A DNA stretch of 64,000 nt from the human T2T-CHM13v2.0 reference genome, Homo sapiens. The position numbers and the translations under genes were made by a program. Below, one piece after another: positions 31,489 through 45,826 of the stretch (positions within the stretch are counted from its first letter, which is position 1; each line of letters starts with the position of its first letter). The notes beneath the pieces were generated by a model. The model had not been told where the DNA came from, made no database searches, and was given only the letters and a program-made list of their open reading frames with translations. The stretch lies in assembly GCF_009914755.1 (NCBI RefSeq), contig NC_060940.1, one strand, 5' to 3'.

Positions 31489-31859
31489 ATTAGAACTAAG
31501 GTAATGAAAATTGTAACCAGTAAACGTTATCTCCCTACCCATCAGTGTTTAGCACAACTTTAAAAGAATGAAAACGTACAGTGTGGATGGGTGTGGGGAA
31601 ATACGCTCTCTTAATTATTATTGGTAAAAGTGTAAACTGATAGAACCTTTTTGGTATATAATTTAGAAGTATCTTTAAACAATAAAAATAAGCATATCCT
31701 TTGACCCAGCAATCACACTTCAAGAATTATCCAAAAGAAATAAGGAAGTTAATTACAGCTCGTTTGTAAAAAAGAGGAAAAAACAGGTCAATAGGTAGTA
31801 CATCCCTACTACAGAATACAAGGTAGTAAGTAAAATAAATTGTCAAGATGTGCAGTTTA

Positions 31860-32119
31860 GGCTGGGCACGGTGGCTCACGCCTGTAATCCTAGCACTTTG
31901 GGAGGCTGAGGTGAGTGGATCACATGAGGTCAGGCATTCAAGACCAGCCTGGCTAACACGGCAAAACCATGTCTCTACTAAAAACACAAAAACTGGCCGG
32001 GCATGGTGGCGCGTGACTGTAGTCCCAGATACTCTGGAGGCTGAGTCAGGAGAATCACTTGAACCTGGGAGATGGAGGCCTCAGTGAGCCAAGATTGCAC
32101 CACTATCTCAAAAAAAAAA
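31860..32119 (+). mobile_element. AluS-like SINE with about 30-bp deletion before the tail
   Basis: ttgcaccact joined directly to atctcaaaa; TSD-like atgtgca. Confidence 0.9.
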
Positions 32120-32926
32120 TGTGCATTTTGAAAGTAAGTTTTAAAACCACATTGATAACCACTTAGGTAAAAATAACCTCCTGCCCATTTATATATGTAA
32201 CTGTATATAGCACAAGCCCCGAGAGGATTCTCAACACATGATTCAAGTAATTACCTAAGAAGAGGAGGAGAATGATGGGGAAGAGGTTGAAGGCAGACTT
32301 TCATATTTAATCTCCATACTTCTATCTAGAGAGCCTATAATAATCGTATTACTTGTGTAATTAAAAATAGCAGTTAAAAGAAAAAAGAAACAAATCAGGT
32401 GTTTCGACTTTTCTTTCCCATGTTTCACAGCTTTTTCCTCCTATTTGATCCTGAAGTTGTGGTTTGCATGAGTCCTGTGGCCTAGCAGAGCCCCCTGCCG
32501 GACCCCCATGAGAACTAAGAAAAGATTGGACATTGTTAGGGAGAGCTGTTGGTATTAACACCTGTGAAAGGAAGAGGGAGGAAGCAGGGTTGGGCAGAGG
32601 GAGATGAGCTGTGATGCAATCTCAACAAAGGCTCAGCCAACCCCACAGGGAACTGTGGGGCTGAAGCTTATTTGGTAATTCTCTTTTGGCGTTATTTGAA
32701 GTGGTGACTCTTTATGTTAATTAAAGAGCCTCAAAATTGTGAAGAAGTGATCTTATAGGATATGTGAAAGCTGGAGGTTCAAAAGCTGAGGGCTACAAAA
32801 TCAAGGGCAGGAAGTGACATCTGGGTAAAGGTTTGGGTTTCCAGTGGAGGAGGCTGGGACTGTCTGAGGGGACCACCTGGGAGCACATCCACTTGCCTGG
32901 ATTGAATGGCCTGACTTAAGTCCTAC

Positions 32927-33148
32927 CTGACCCATGATCCCGCCGAGTTCCCCCTGCAACATCTTCACTTGGCATTCTAGTAACTCGATGTTGCTCAGGG
33001 AAGACTGGTATTTATCCCTGTAGAGGTTTAAGCTCCTCTCTAGAGAGGCGATCTTGTCCCCGGCCAAGGCGAGTTGCTCCTGCGCCAAATGGAGCTTCTC
33101 CCCTGTGTTCTCGTTGTGATTTCCCATTTCCTCCTCATAGAGAATCAC
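32927..33148 (-). CDS. PMFBP1: PMFBP1 exon 5 (222 nt; VILYEEEM...GIMGQ)
   Basis: ORF 32801..33172; ctacag acceptor, CAG|GTAGGA donor. Confidence 0.93.
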
Positions 33149-34084
33149 CTGTAGGTGTAGGAATAAATCCACATTGAGCCCATGGAAGCACGTAATGAGG
33201 AAAGGATGCGGTTGTAAGATTCCCTGCAGAGAAGTCTTGTATCTGAACCAGAAGACCAGATGAACAGAAGAGAGGCTGCACAGATCTAAAAGCTACAGTA
33301 TGTAATATCAAGATGCTAATGATTGGAAACAAAAAAAGGTGGCCCTAGTTAGAGGTAAGCTCCTTCAAGGCAGGATCATATCCATTTCCCATTCTGCCCA
33401 GCCTGTGGCAGAAACTCAATAAATACTTGCTAGTTGATTAATAGGAATGAATTTGTATAGCTCTGTTTTTTAAGGGCTTGAAATGCTGGTATTTTTTCCT
33501 TCCCAGGCATTCTCTAGAGGTTGAACTTAGAAAATGCAGACTTCCTCCTGCACACAGGACTATGTCAGGAAAGTTCCCAAGAGATAGGTGGGGAACATGA
33601 CCCAAAGTTCCTCTGGGATTTGCACAATCCTTGTTTAGATTTATTTTCTTCCTCATCAAGTAATTAGTCAACAAACTGACAGATATTTATTGAAAGCTCA
33701 CGAGCATTGTGTTAAGTGCAGAGGGGATATATACATATTAGACATATGCTCACCCCTCAAAGAGTTTAAAACTTTCACAATCTTGGGGACATAAGATTTA
33801 AAATGAATAAACAGCTGTAGGTAGTTGAGTGTGCTAAATTGTATGGCTCGAATTTGATGTGTTGAAGGAGTTAACAGCAGAAGAGTCATGAAGGATGGCT
33901 TTATATTAGTTTAAATAATCCAATGTAGAATGCTGATAGAACATGTTCCATTAGTTTAAGCTCATTATACTTGCTGTCTGTCATTTGAGATTCTTCTTAG
34001 GAAAGGATAACTTTGTGTAAGGTGTCTACTACGTAAGGGGAAGAAGAGAGGAATATTTTATATCCAAATATTTGTAACCAAAGC

Positions 34085-34504
34085 TGTCAGTGGTCAGCCC
34101 ATATCCCCTGGGCACTTGCTATTTCTTTGCAAGTTAACCCCATTCCCACTGCAAGCATATTCAACTCTGCCTGAGGGCTTCTCTAATACCAGGAGCCCAT
34201 TCAACCAGAGAGGCAAGACAGGGTAGGTTAGAAGTGCTGGGGGGTTAACGCCCTCAGGAGCAGCCCTCAACCAATGACTGGGGGTATGTTGGTGGGTTCA
34301 CTCTGAGGCATGTTCTACACTATCTCCCAGAGTTCCCCAGAGGGACCAAGCAAGCAATCTACTCAATACCAGTGTCCTTTATGGGCTTCCGGTCCTTCTT
34401 TGACTCACTTGCTCATGTGCATGCAGGAATCACCTCCGGAATTAGTTACTTGAATTTATATCCTTGTCTTAGGGTCTGCTGTTGAGTGAACCCAACCTTA
34501 GACA
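34085..34504 (+). mobile_element. LTR16-like solo LTR
   Basis: gcagccctcaaccaatgac core; end gaacccaaccttagaca. Confidence 0.65.
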
Positions 34505-34880
34505 GATGTTTGATGAGGCTGTGCAACAAGACATTGGGGGAACTTGGCAGAATGTCTAAAATAATTCTCTCAATGCTTTCTCGGTTTGGGATCTTTGACA
34601 GTGACTGTTATTTGCCGAGTCCTGTATGTATTCTCCCGCTCTTCCTTACTAATAGAACCTTGACTCTACTGGGGGCAGCAATGCACCTCCTAAAACACCA
34701 CATTTCCTAGGCTTCCTAGAAACTAGCTGTTGCCATGTGACTAATTCTGGCCAGGGATATTTAAGTGAAGGTGTTGTGGCTTCCGGAAAGTGTCCTTAAA
34801 AGGAAGGGAGTGTGCCTTTCCTTTCCACCCTTGTCACCTGGTCCTCTGCCCTTTTATCTGGATTATTTGGAACAAGGATG

Positions 34881-35186
<306 letters not shown>

Positions 35187-36236
35187 GGATGTGACGGCTG
35201 AAGCTCCAGCAGGCACCTCAGGTGACTTAGAGAATGGAAGCCCTGAGCTGATGCTGGTGGAACCCAAGGATAGACCCTTAGACCTGATGACACACACAGT
35301 TGCCATAACAGCAACAGACCACCTGTCTCTGACCTTTTTAAATATGACACAGAAATCAACTAGCTTATTTATTTTCTGTTATATGCTGCTAAATAGAATC
35401 CCAACTCATTCAGGGTCACTTTATCCAGGCTGGACCCTTTTGTTTAAGTTGTAGTGAACCACTAAGTTTTAACACAGCCCTGCACTATCTTTTTAAAACT
35501 ATGTGTATGTGCACAGGCTAAGTCATAGATTATATTTGTAGGATTAGAATAACCTTTCTCTGTTCCTCCCACTCTTAATTCTTTTGAGCAGATTTTCACT
35601 AGGTGACAATATTCCCTTTTTAAAAAGTCTATGGTCTGTAAGGTCCTACCTAAAGTCCTTGAAGTTAGTCCTTAAGCAACAGCACCATCCAAAACACTCT
35701 TTGAAATTTTTTTTTCTTCTCCGTCCTTCCAATAGAACCTAACTCCTTGAAATTTTATCTTTAAATCTAAAGAAAGAAAATGCCAGGGGAAACCCCAGGA
35801 TGGAAGAGTACGTCTGTCCCATCATTTAGAACCCATGGTTTACTGCACCTAGTGCTATCACTGCTCAAGTGGTTTTAGTGCTGCAGCTTTGGGTCCTTGG
35901 AATTTACTTGGGATTCTAAAGGGGTGGTACTCTTCGGCTTAGAAAATACCACCCTGGAACATGAATGGGAATTAATGTCCTGAATATACCTAAGTGAAGC
36001 CTATATGATCTAAAACTCCAGTCTGAAAAAATTACCTGGTACTCTCAATGATTGACTCCCACTCAACATCTGGTTATCTTATCTAGTGTGCACGTGCCAG
36101 GAATTTATATATTATCAAGACCTTATTTTTCTAAAAATGGTGGATTTAATGGACCTTATACCTCTTTGATAACCCTCAGAGACCTACAGTCTTTTGCATT
36201 TACATTGCAATGGTAATAGAATGGAGAAGATGGACT

Positions 36237-36239
<3 letters not shown>

Positions 36240-36274
<35 letters not shown>
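36240..36274. repeat. (CA)17 microsatellite
   Basis: Direct read. Confidence 0.95.
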
Positions 36275-36276
<2 letters not shown>

Positions 36277-36522
36277 CCTGCACACACACTCCACATATTC
36301 CACATGCATGAATACTGCAGCTTTCACCGAGTTATGCCATTCAGTTTAGTTTCCTTCTGCTCAGCTTCAAAAAGATCAAGAATTAAAGGGGGAAGGTTTA
36401 TAAAACCTGCTCGGGATGTTGCAAAGCTCTCCTAAGTCCAGCGTCTGCTTTCTAGTGGGCTTGGTCTGATTTCTGCAGGTACCTAAGAATGTGGGTTATT
36501 TCCATGGTTAATCTGTCTATAC

Positions 36523-36771
36523 CTCATCTTCTTTCAGTTTGCAGTGATGGTGCAGAAGAACCAGGTCGGAAGTCTGCTTCTCTAGGATGGACTGATACTG
36601 GCGGAGAGAATAGTAAGAAGTCTGCAACTCCTCTGTGTGAAACTCCAGTTCTTGTTGAAGGACCAGCAATTTTTTCTTCAGTTGCTGGAGTTGTCTCAGA
36701 TGACACTGTTTACTGGACCCAAATTCCACCTCTGACTCCTCGAATGCTAATGCCTGTGCTTGCTTCTTGTC
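36523..36771 (-). CDS. PMFBP1: PMFBP1 exon 4 (249 nt; DKKQAQAL...KLKEDE)
   Basis: ORF 36517..36729; ggtag acceptor, GAG|GTATAG donor. Confidence 0.93.
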
Positions 36772-37329
36772 CTACCATAGAGACAGGATATACAAAAAAG
36801 GCTTTAGATCATCACTAAGGACGTATTCATTCCAGGATTTTTTTTTCATTTGTTCAGTCATTCACATCCATCTATCCATCTTTTTATCTTTTCATCTACA
36901 GAGATCTTATTAAACATTTCACTCTATTCACAAGGAAATGTATCACTTAGTATTCCCACTCAGTAAGAAGAATTCAGTAGAAGAAAAAAAATGGTTCTTA
37001 TCTACCAAAATCTTATTATTTAGGTCAGAAGAAAAAATATACACATAAAGGACCTAGGGAGATATGTGTAATAATATGCTGAGGTGTTGCCTTCCTATAT
37101 AAAGATAACACTAGTGACTTGGAAGGAAATGGATTTCTGGCCTTGGTTCTTGGACTAAACTTGGTATTAAAAACACCTGGGTAAAGGAGCATTGCAATGA
37201 GTCAAGGGTGAATTCTTGGGGATTTTGAAACGCTGAAAAATGAGAGCCAGAGATATTGTTCAGGTACATCTGGGCACTGACTCTGTCTCCTTCTCCTGAA
37301 GGAAGATGTGACCTTGCGGATGCTGACTC

Positions 37330-37363
37330 TGTGTGCGTGTGTGTGTGTGTATGTGTGTGTGTG
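37330..37363. repeat. Imperfect (GT)n microsatellite
   Basis: Direct read. Confidence 0.9.
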
Positions 37364-38290
37364 GTGTGATCTCTTCTTGCTAATCCACAATCTATCTGAA
37401 ATGCTGCTAGGCTCATCCTTCATTTTCATTCATTCATTCATTCACTCAACAGACACAGGCTAAGCACCTATGTTTTACCAGGTATTCTGCTGGTAGGACA
37501 CATCCCTGAGTTGCTGATGCTTCTATATTTCCTATATTTTCCAGCATCCCTTATGACAATGACACGTGAGGTTAAGGTGGATAAAGAGGGTAGCCTGTGG
37601 GCAGTCCTTAGCATCCAACCCTGCTTATTATCCTCCTACACATTCTTTAAGTTTCTGTTTAAATCCTGCTCTCCTTCCTGTTTTTTCCCTGCAAAGCTGT
37701 CTTTGCACCAGTACCACAGACTTTGCTAGCATGTCCTTAATGTGCTATTCTGTATTCTGTCTGTAATTATTTCTGTGCATTTTAACTTCTAATTAGATTA
37801 TAAACTCCTGGAGGGCAGGGCCATGTTTGCTCTTATGGGGCCTAGTTTACAGATTCATACATACCTATGAATTGAATGAAAGAAATGAAAATAGCGTCCA
37901 AGCAATCTCATTGGCTCCCGAGGGGTTGAGCTTGTGGCCTTGGCCTCATTAACAGAGTACTTCTAATACCGTGGCTTTCAAATTTTTAAATTAACTTTTT
38001 GAAAACAGATTTATTGAGGTATACTTTGCATATCATGAAATGCAACCATTGTTAAGTGTGCAACTCAATGACTTGTAATAAACTTATAGAATTGTGTGAC
38101 CATCATTACAATGTTTTAGAACATTTCTATCAACCCCCCCCGTTTCCTCATGCCCATTTTCAGTCACCCCTGCTCCCTCCTCCAGCTCCAGGCAACCACA
38201 AATCTGCTTTCTGCCTCTATGGATTTTCTGCCTTTTCTAGACGTTTCACATATGGAATTGTATAATATGTCATTTTTTGGCTTCTTATAA

Positions 38291-39117
<827 letters not shown>

Positions 39118-39217
39118 TCATCTAATTAATGTGCTCAGCAAATAATGTGGTACACCTAGTATATCAAGCACTACACTACGTAATGGGGATATAGCAGTAT
39201 ATAAAACAGACAAAATC

Positions 39218-39495
39218 GGCTGGGTGCGGTGGCTCACACCTGTAATCCCAGCACTTTGGGAGGCTGAGGCAGGCAGATCACGAGGTCAGGAGATCGAGAC
39301 CATCCTGGCTAACACGGTGAAACCCCATCTCTACTAAAAATAAAAAAAAAATTAGCCGGGTGTGGTGGCGGGCGCCTGTAGTCCCAGCTACTCAGGAGGT
39401 TGAGGCAGGAAAATGGCGTGAACCCGGGAGGCAGAGCTTGCAGTGAGACCACACCACTGCACGCCAGCCTGGGCAACAGAGCGAGACTCCATCTC

Positions 39496-39523
<28 letters not shown>
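39218..39523 (+). mobile_element. AluY-like SINE within an L2 relic (about 39150-40300)
   Basis: AluY diagnostics, long A tail; TSD cagacaaaatc. Confidence 0.92.
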
Positions 39524-39526
<3 letters not shown>

Positions 39527-40993
39527 AGACAAAATCCCGACTTTGTGGAGTTTGCATCTAATATGGGGAGAGCGAAAACTAAGCAAGTATATATGTAGTG
39601 TATTAGAAGGACAAAATGCAACAGGGGAGAGTGAAACGGGAGGAAGATGAGGAATTCCAGGATGGAGGAGGTTACATTTTTGAATTAAATGTTTGCATGG
39701 AAGGCCAAATTGAGAAGCTGACGTTTGAACCGAAACTTGAAGGAGGCAAAAGAAGGTATCTGGAATGCTCCAGGGAGTGATGGCCTTGGAGGTGGAAGCA
39801 TGCCTGGTGGTATTTGAGGAGCCCCAGGGGTTGCAGCCACTTTTTTTTCTGGCTGGAGCAGAGACAGTAAGGGGGAAAGCTGTGCCTGATGGAGTGAGAT
39901 AGGAAAAGGAGGTGAGGTCTTTAGGATCGTATAGCCATTCTCGAGACTTTAACTTCTTTTGGGGAGACGAAAGGCCTTTGGAGGGTACTGAACAGAGGAG
40001 CAACATGATCTCCCTGAGCTTTTATGAAGGTCACACTGGCTGTTTATTGGAAATCAACTCTAGGCAGGCAAAGACAGAAAGACCAGGTAGGAGGCTACTG
40101 CAATAATCCAGACAAAGGATGACGGCGTGGACCAAGATGGTAGCAATGGAGGGCGGGAGAAGTGGTTGGGTTCTAGATGTATCTTGAAATGACAGGACAT
40201 AGGATTTGCTGCTGGGTTACAGGTTAGATGGTGGGACATGATGGTCATCCGTAACAGATGATGCCAGGGTTTTTGTCTGAGTAACTGGGGAGATGGAATT
40301 TTAATGAGATTAATTCAGTAAGAGCTGGGACCTGAAAGACAAAAAATCTCTACAGAGAGTGGTGGTGGCAGCACAGGGAAGGTAAAGGAGGCTTAACCCA
40401 GTCCAGAACCAGAAAGATGATAGCTGATTGTGTCAGTACAATCTGAATGACCCTTTCCAGGCTCTCTTGGAAGTGTCTCATCTTAAGTGCCTCAGAATTG
40501 AGAAGAGAGACAGAGAAAATGGACCCACTATGGTCACCAGGCAAAAGAAATCCTAGGCAAAGACACGCCAGTGTATGTGGCTGGAGGAAAGTTGATGAGA
40601 CCTCTTTTCTAAGTTGTTCTAAGTTGAACAAAGCTAAATTTTGTATTTACTCTGTGTAGCTATAATTGCCAGCATTTATATTAAATGTTGTTGTTAAGGG
40701 CTTTCATTCTTTTCAAGATAAAAACACTGCTATTCTCACAACTCATCTGTGAATGAGGTTTGGAGAGAAGAGAGTTGGGAGTGGCGTGTGTGGTGTGCTC
40801 ATGTATGTGTGTGTACATGCACATACACAGATAGAGGGGCTTCTGAAGAGCCTGAGTCCTCCTGCTTACATAGTAAGTTAGGAGGGTGGGGAGCTACCTG
40901 GAAAAAAACATGATCACAAATAAGTACTTAACGTGGACAGAATTAATGCAAAGGAGTGAACATCCTGTGGTAGGGTTAATTCAGAAGGGCTTA

Positions 40994-41312
<319 letters not shown>

Positions 41313-42414
41313 ATATCCTTATCAGATTTTGCCAAAATCCTTTCTCTTTTGGCTTTGTAAGCATCTGTCCACTGCTGAGTGTGTATGACCCTGCTGAAAA
41401 CTAACCATGGTCTCCTTCATTCTTTGCTTCTCTTTGCTTCCACGTCCCTGTTTTTTCTTCACTGCCCAGAAGAATGAGAGAAATGCTCTTCTTTTAAAAG
41501 AAGTCAAACTCTCTCTCTCTTTAGGGCTTCCCCTCTAGTACCTGGTACCCCCATCTATACTTAGGTGTGCTCAGAATTACTCTTTGGTCTTAAAGCTTCT
41601 GGTGGGAAATAAATGCTTTTTTCTAAATGATGTGTATAAAACTTAGCAGCCTGGCAGGGATACTGGTGAAATGTCAATGCTTTATCTTCCCCAGAGGTCG
41701 TCTTGGATCTTCTGGGTTTAATTTTGGTCTGAGGCAACATGATGGGCTAGCCAGATGATGAGATTTTATGCAACTCTTCCAGTACAGGACAAATATAGCA
41801 CCCAACCTAATTTGCCTGGTTATAAAGATCCAAGGACTGCTTCTATCTGCAGAGAAACTAGAGTTCTTTGGATAGGAATTTTAAACATTTGCACACTATA
41901 GATATCAATGGGTTTAGAGGAATCAAATTTCAAAGACTTGGAGAAATGCCTAGACTTATTTGAGACCAGTTAAATTTCTACTTATTTATCCTTCTAAATT
42001 CTAAAGGAATAGAAAAAGACACGCTATGGATGAAGCCTACATTTCACTTACAAATGTGCTGAAGAGCAGTATCACAAAGGCACCAACTTATTTCCTATTG
42101 CTTCTTTGTCTTTTTTTTTTTTTTTTAAAACATTCTTCCTAATGAAGACACAGATATTTTATTAAGAGTCTTCTTTGACTTTTAAACTGAGATCTGAAGA
42201 AAATAAGTACGTTGGAAATGATTTTACAGAGGTAAGACTAGTTCTTAAAATGACCATCTGGAGTGAGATGTGATTCTGGAGGCCATCTGGTCTACCAGGT
42301 TTCTCAGCTGGATTTCTATCCAGGTCTCAGCTGCTAGAAAAGATGGGGACTGCTGGCTGTCCATAGGAACCTGTTCCCATATTTAGTACACATTTCATCC
42401 CTACTTGTGGTCAA

Positions 42415-42795
42415 AGAGATTATAGCTATTGCTCCTTCCTTGCCTATGTGGCCACTTGATCACAGAAGGAAATTAATTGGCCTGGCATGATTTGCCTTTT
42501 GAAAAGTCACGTTGGTTTCCACCCAATACTTTATGCTTTTCAAGTTGATGCTAATTGATTGATGTTAAGTTCTGTATTTTCCTTGTATTGAAGTTAAGCT
42601 GACAGGTCTATAATTACCGGGATTGTCCTTTTTCCCTTTTTAAAAAGATGAGCACTTCATTTACCCTTTTTCAGTCTACAGGGACTTTCTTTATCCTTTT
42701 GAGTTCTCAAAAATAATCACTTGCAGCTATGTAATAACACCTGCCAATTCCTTAAGTACTCTTCGAAGTATGTCATCAGGCCCTGCTGATTTGCC
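42415..42795 (-). mobile_element. CR1/L3 LINE reverse-transcriptase fossil
   Basis: Minus-strand translation with stops and frameshifts: KSAGPDDILRRVLKELAG...DNPGNYRPVSLTS...NQRDFSKGKSCQAN, matching CR1 RT consensus motifs. Confidence 0.85.
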
Positions 42796-43373
42796 TAAAG
42801 CTGGCTTTTCAAAATACTTTTTAACCATTTTATTCCCTGTTCTAGTTTGCGCTGACTAGGTTGGCATTGTTCTGATAACTGAATCCCTAATGATTTTTTT
42901 TTTCATTTAAGAACCGAAAAGTCTCACTATCTTTTTTTAATGGAGATATTTTTCTTTATTGAGAAACTTAAGACTTGGATACATCAAACTGAATTAATTT
43001 CCTGGGGAGGGGACCAAAACCCACAATAGAAAAAGGAAGTTAACACTGTCCGGGCCATAGCAGAACCCAGAGAATACATTTGTATAGTTGAAAAATTCTA
43101 AGTGCTTCATATTTGACCTTTTGATACAGCATGATCTATTAAATTTGTGATATGTATTCTTGGTGTTGAGGTCTATAGAACAATCTAGGAAGTCTTCAAA
43201 CTTTGAGCTGAATTGCATGAGGGGTTATTTGGCTTTTGAATCAGTTTCTCCTTGTTCACAAGGTAGCAGCAGCAACCATTAGCACAGATGAGGACTAACT
43301 CACTTTTTCAGTCATTGTCATGAACTTCTGTTCCTATCTTTGAAGTAAGTGAGATATTTCCTTTGAACTCTAG

Positions 43374-43712
<339 letters not shown>

Positions 43713-43874
43713 TTATCTGTTATTTCTTATGTCTTCTACAAATTGCATGTCTTGTACTTCCTTGTACTAGCAGAGCATAGAACTGTAAGTTTAAGTGACA
43801 TGAATTAATTTTAGATGCATCTTTCTGACGTAGACATTCTTCTCACTAGTGACTTCTGCTTGCCTGACATTCAC

Positions 43875-44125
43875 TTTAAAAAAAGTATTTTAGAATAATT
43901 TTTGATTTACAGAAAAATTGCAAAAGTAGCCCAGAGAGTTCCCATATGTTCTTCATACAGCTTTCCCTAAGGTTAACTTCTTAAATAACTGGGTACATTT
44001 GTCTAAACTAAGAAATTAATGTTGGAAGATTACTATGAACTATACTTTATTGGATTTCACCAGTTTTTCCACTAACGTGTTTTTTCTGTTCCAATATCCA
44101 ATCCAGGATTTCACATTGCATTTAG
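43875..44125 (-). mobile_element. L1MC/ME-like 3' fragment
   Basis: aataatttttgatttacagaaaaattgcaaaag...cacattgcatttag. Confidence 0.7.
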
Positions 44126-44477
44126 AAGATTCAGTGAAATATTTTTTTTCATTCCCAATGATTCAAAACGATACTGTGTAATAATGCCCATCAAGATTCT
44201 ACTAATCTTTACATCTTCAACAAATTACTTTTATCCACAGGAATCAAACTTGCCTTATATAGTTTTATGCTAAAAAGTGTCCTCTGTACACTTCAAAGAT
44301 GAGTTTGGCAATCTGAGCTCTACTGAATATCAGGGCATGCACCCTATGCCACCATCAGGGAATGGAGCCTGGGAAAATTGCTCAAAAGGCCCTTTCTTTT
44401 CTGGTTTGATCATTTTATTATGATGTCTCTGTTGTTCTTTTCTCCTTTCACTTTGAGATGCTCTTTTGATTCCTGGG

Positions 44478-44631
44478 CAGGGCCAGGACTACAGTGAGGG
44501 AAGTGAGGTGCAAATTTTAAGGAGGCACTCAGTCTCAGGGTGGAGCACATGCAGGTTGGCACCTGAAGAGCTTGTGCCCATGAATTTTGCACCTTAGCCA
44601 CCTCATTTGCTTCACCCTATTTCCTGCTGTG
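44478..44631. mobile_element. MER53-like palindromic hAT MITE
   Basis: Inverted arms; perfect 8-bp TSD TTCCTGGG (44470-44477 / 44632-44639). Confidence 0.8.
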
Positions 44632-45826
44632 TTCCTGGGATTGGGAGCATAACGTAGTTTTGATTTGCAAGGTCATGCCGTTTTCTTTTCTATCACTTGC
44701 CCCTTCCCTGCCACTCCTTTTGTTATACATAACAGCTAATGTAACATTTTAATCTTCTTGCATAATTGCGGTTGTAAACTATGACCTCCTGCTTGTTTCC
44801 CCAGCTCCTTGTTAGAGAGTAGTCAGAATTTCAGAAAGTCTTGGTTTCCCTTTTGTTCCCATATTACATTTCCATGTGGAAGGCAGATCTTAAAGGGATT
44901 TTCCGAGCGGATGAGTGTAAGTCTACATCTAATTGTGGATTTGTATGCATAGTCTGCTATTTAAATTCTGCACTAAGTGCTAGGGGAAAAAAGAGCTCGC
45001 TTTAAAGCTTGTTTCAAGCTGTTAGACCTTCTTCTGGGCAATTAGAATAATAAAATGCAATTTAATACCTTTCTCCTTCCAAGTTGCCAGGTACATTTAT
45101 AAGCCACATGGCTTTCCCTGACTGGGGGAATAAGTAAACTCATGACAGCAATGGTGAAAATATCCTAAAATGTTAATATTTAGAAAGAAGTAAATTATGA
45201 TAATCTTCTTCCTGAGATCCATTTAGGAAACTGGTGGATTTTTCTCTATTTGTGACTTCCTGAGGAAAGCAGTGCTTACAAGATGAAGTAGAAATGCTTT
45301 GTTGGTAGTATTTCTAGGACATTGCAGAGGAACAATTTGTGGTTTCAATAGTGAGGTGGTAAGTCCTGGGAGAACTCTAATAGATGCAATGAAAAGAGGC
45401 CAGATCCTTGACCACAAACAGTGAAGAACACAGTGGCGGCTTCACAGCCTCCCAGAGGCTAACTTTGGGTGTCCAGCAACAGGTCTGTGCAGCTAGGACC
45501 TTCTTTATGTTTACCGAGAACTCATGTCACTAAATGGAAATGAAGACCACAAGTAAAGAATTCTTGGAAACCCAAAGTGTTAGGGAGCTGTGGGAAAATA
45601 TCTCCCAGATGGCTCCCCAGCTTATGTGGAAAAATTTAGAGACTGACTTAAAGACCTTAGATTTAGAGCTTCCAAAGAAAGCAAACCCCAGGCTAAAATG
45701 AAATTATCTCAGCTGATGAACAGCCTAGACTCTAGATAAGTATTAGTCCAAAATCACAGTCTCAAGAAAGATGCTTATGCCAGGAGGTCTGCATGTTCAC
45801 ACATGTGTAGGATCAGTGCTACTGAG

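Noticed and set aside
37202-37429. ORF beginning MKMKDE, resembling the true N-terminus MKDE (alternative first exon?)
   Set aside because: Arises from a (TGAA)n L2 tail, has no donor after GAG and runs into a CA repeat
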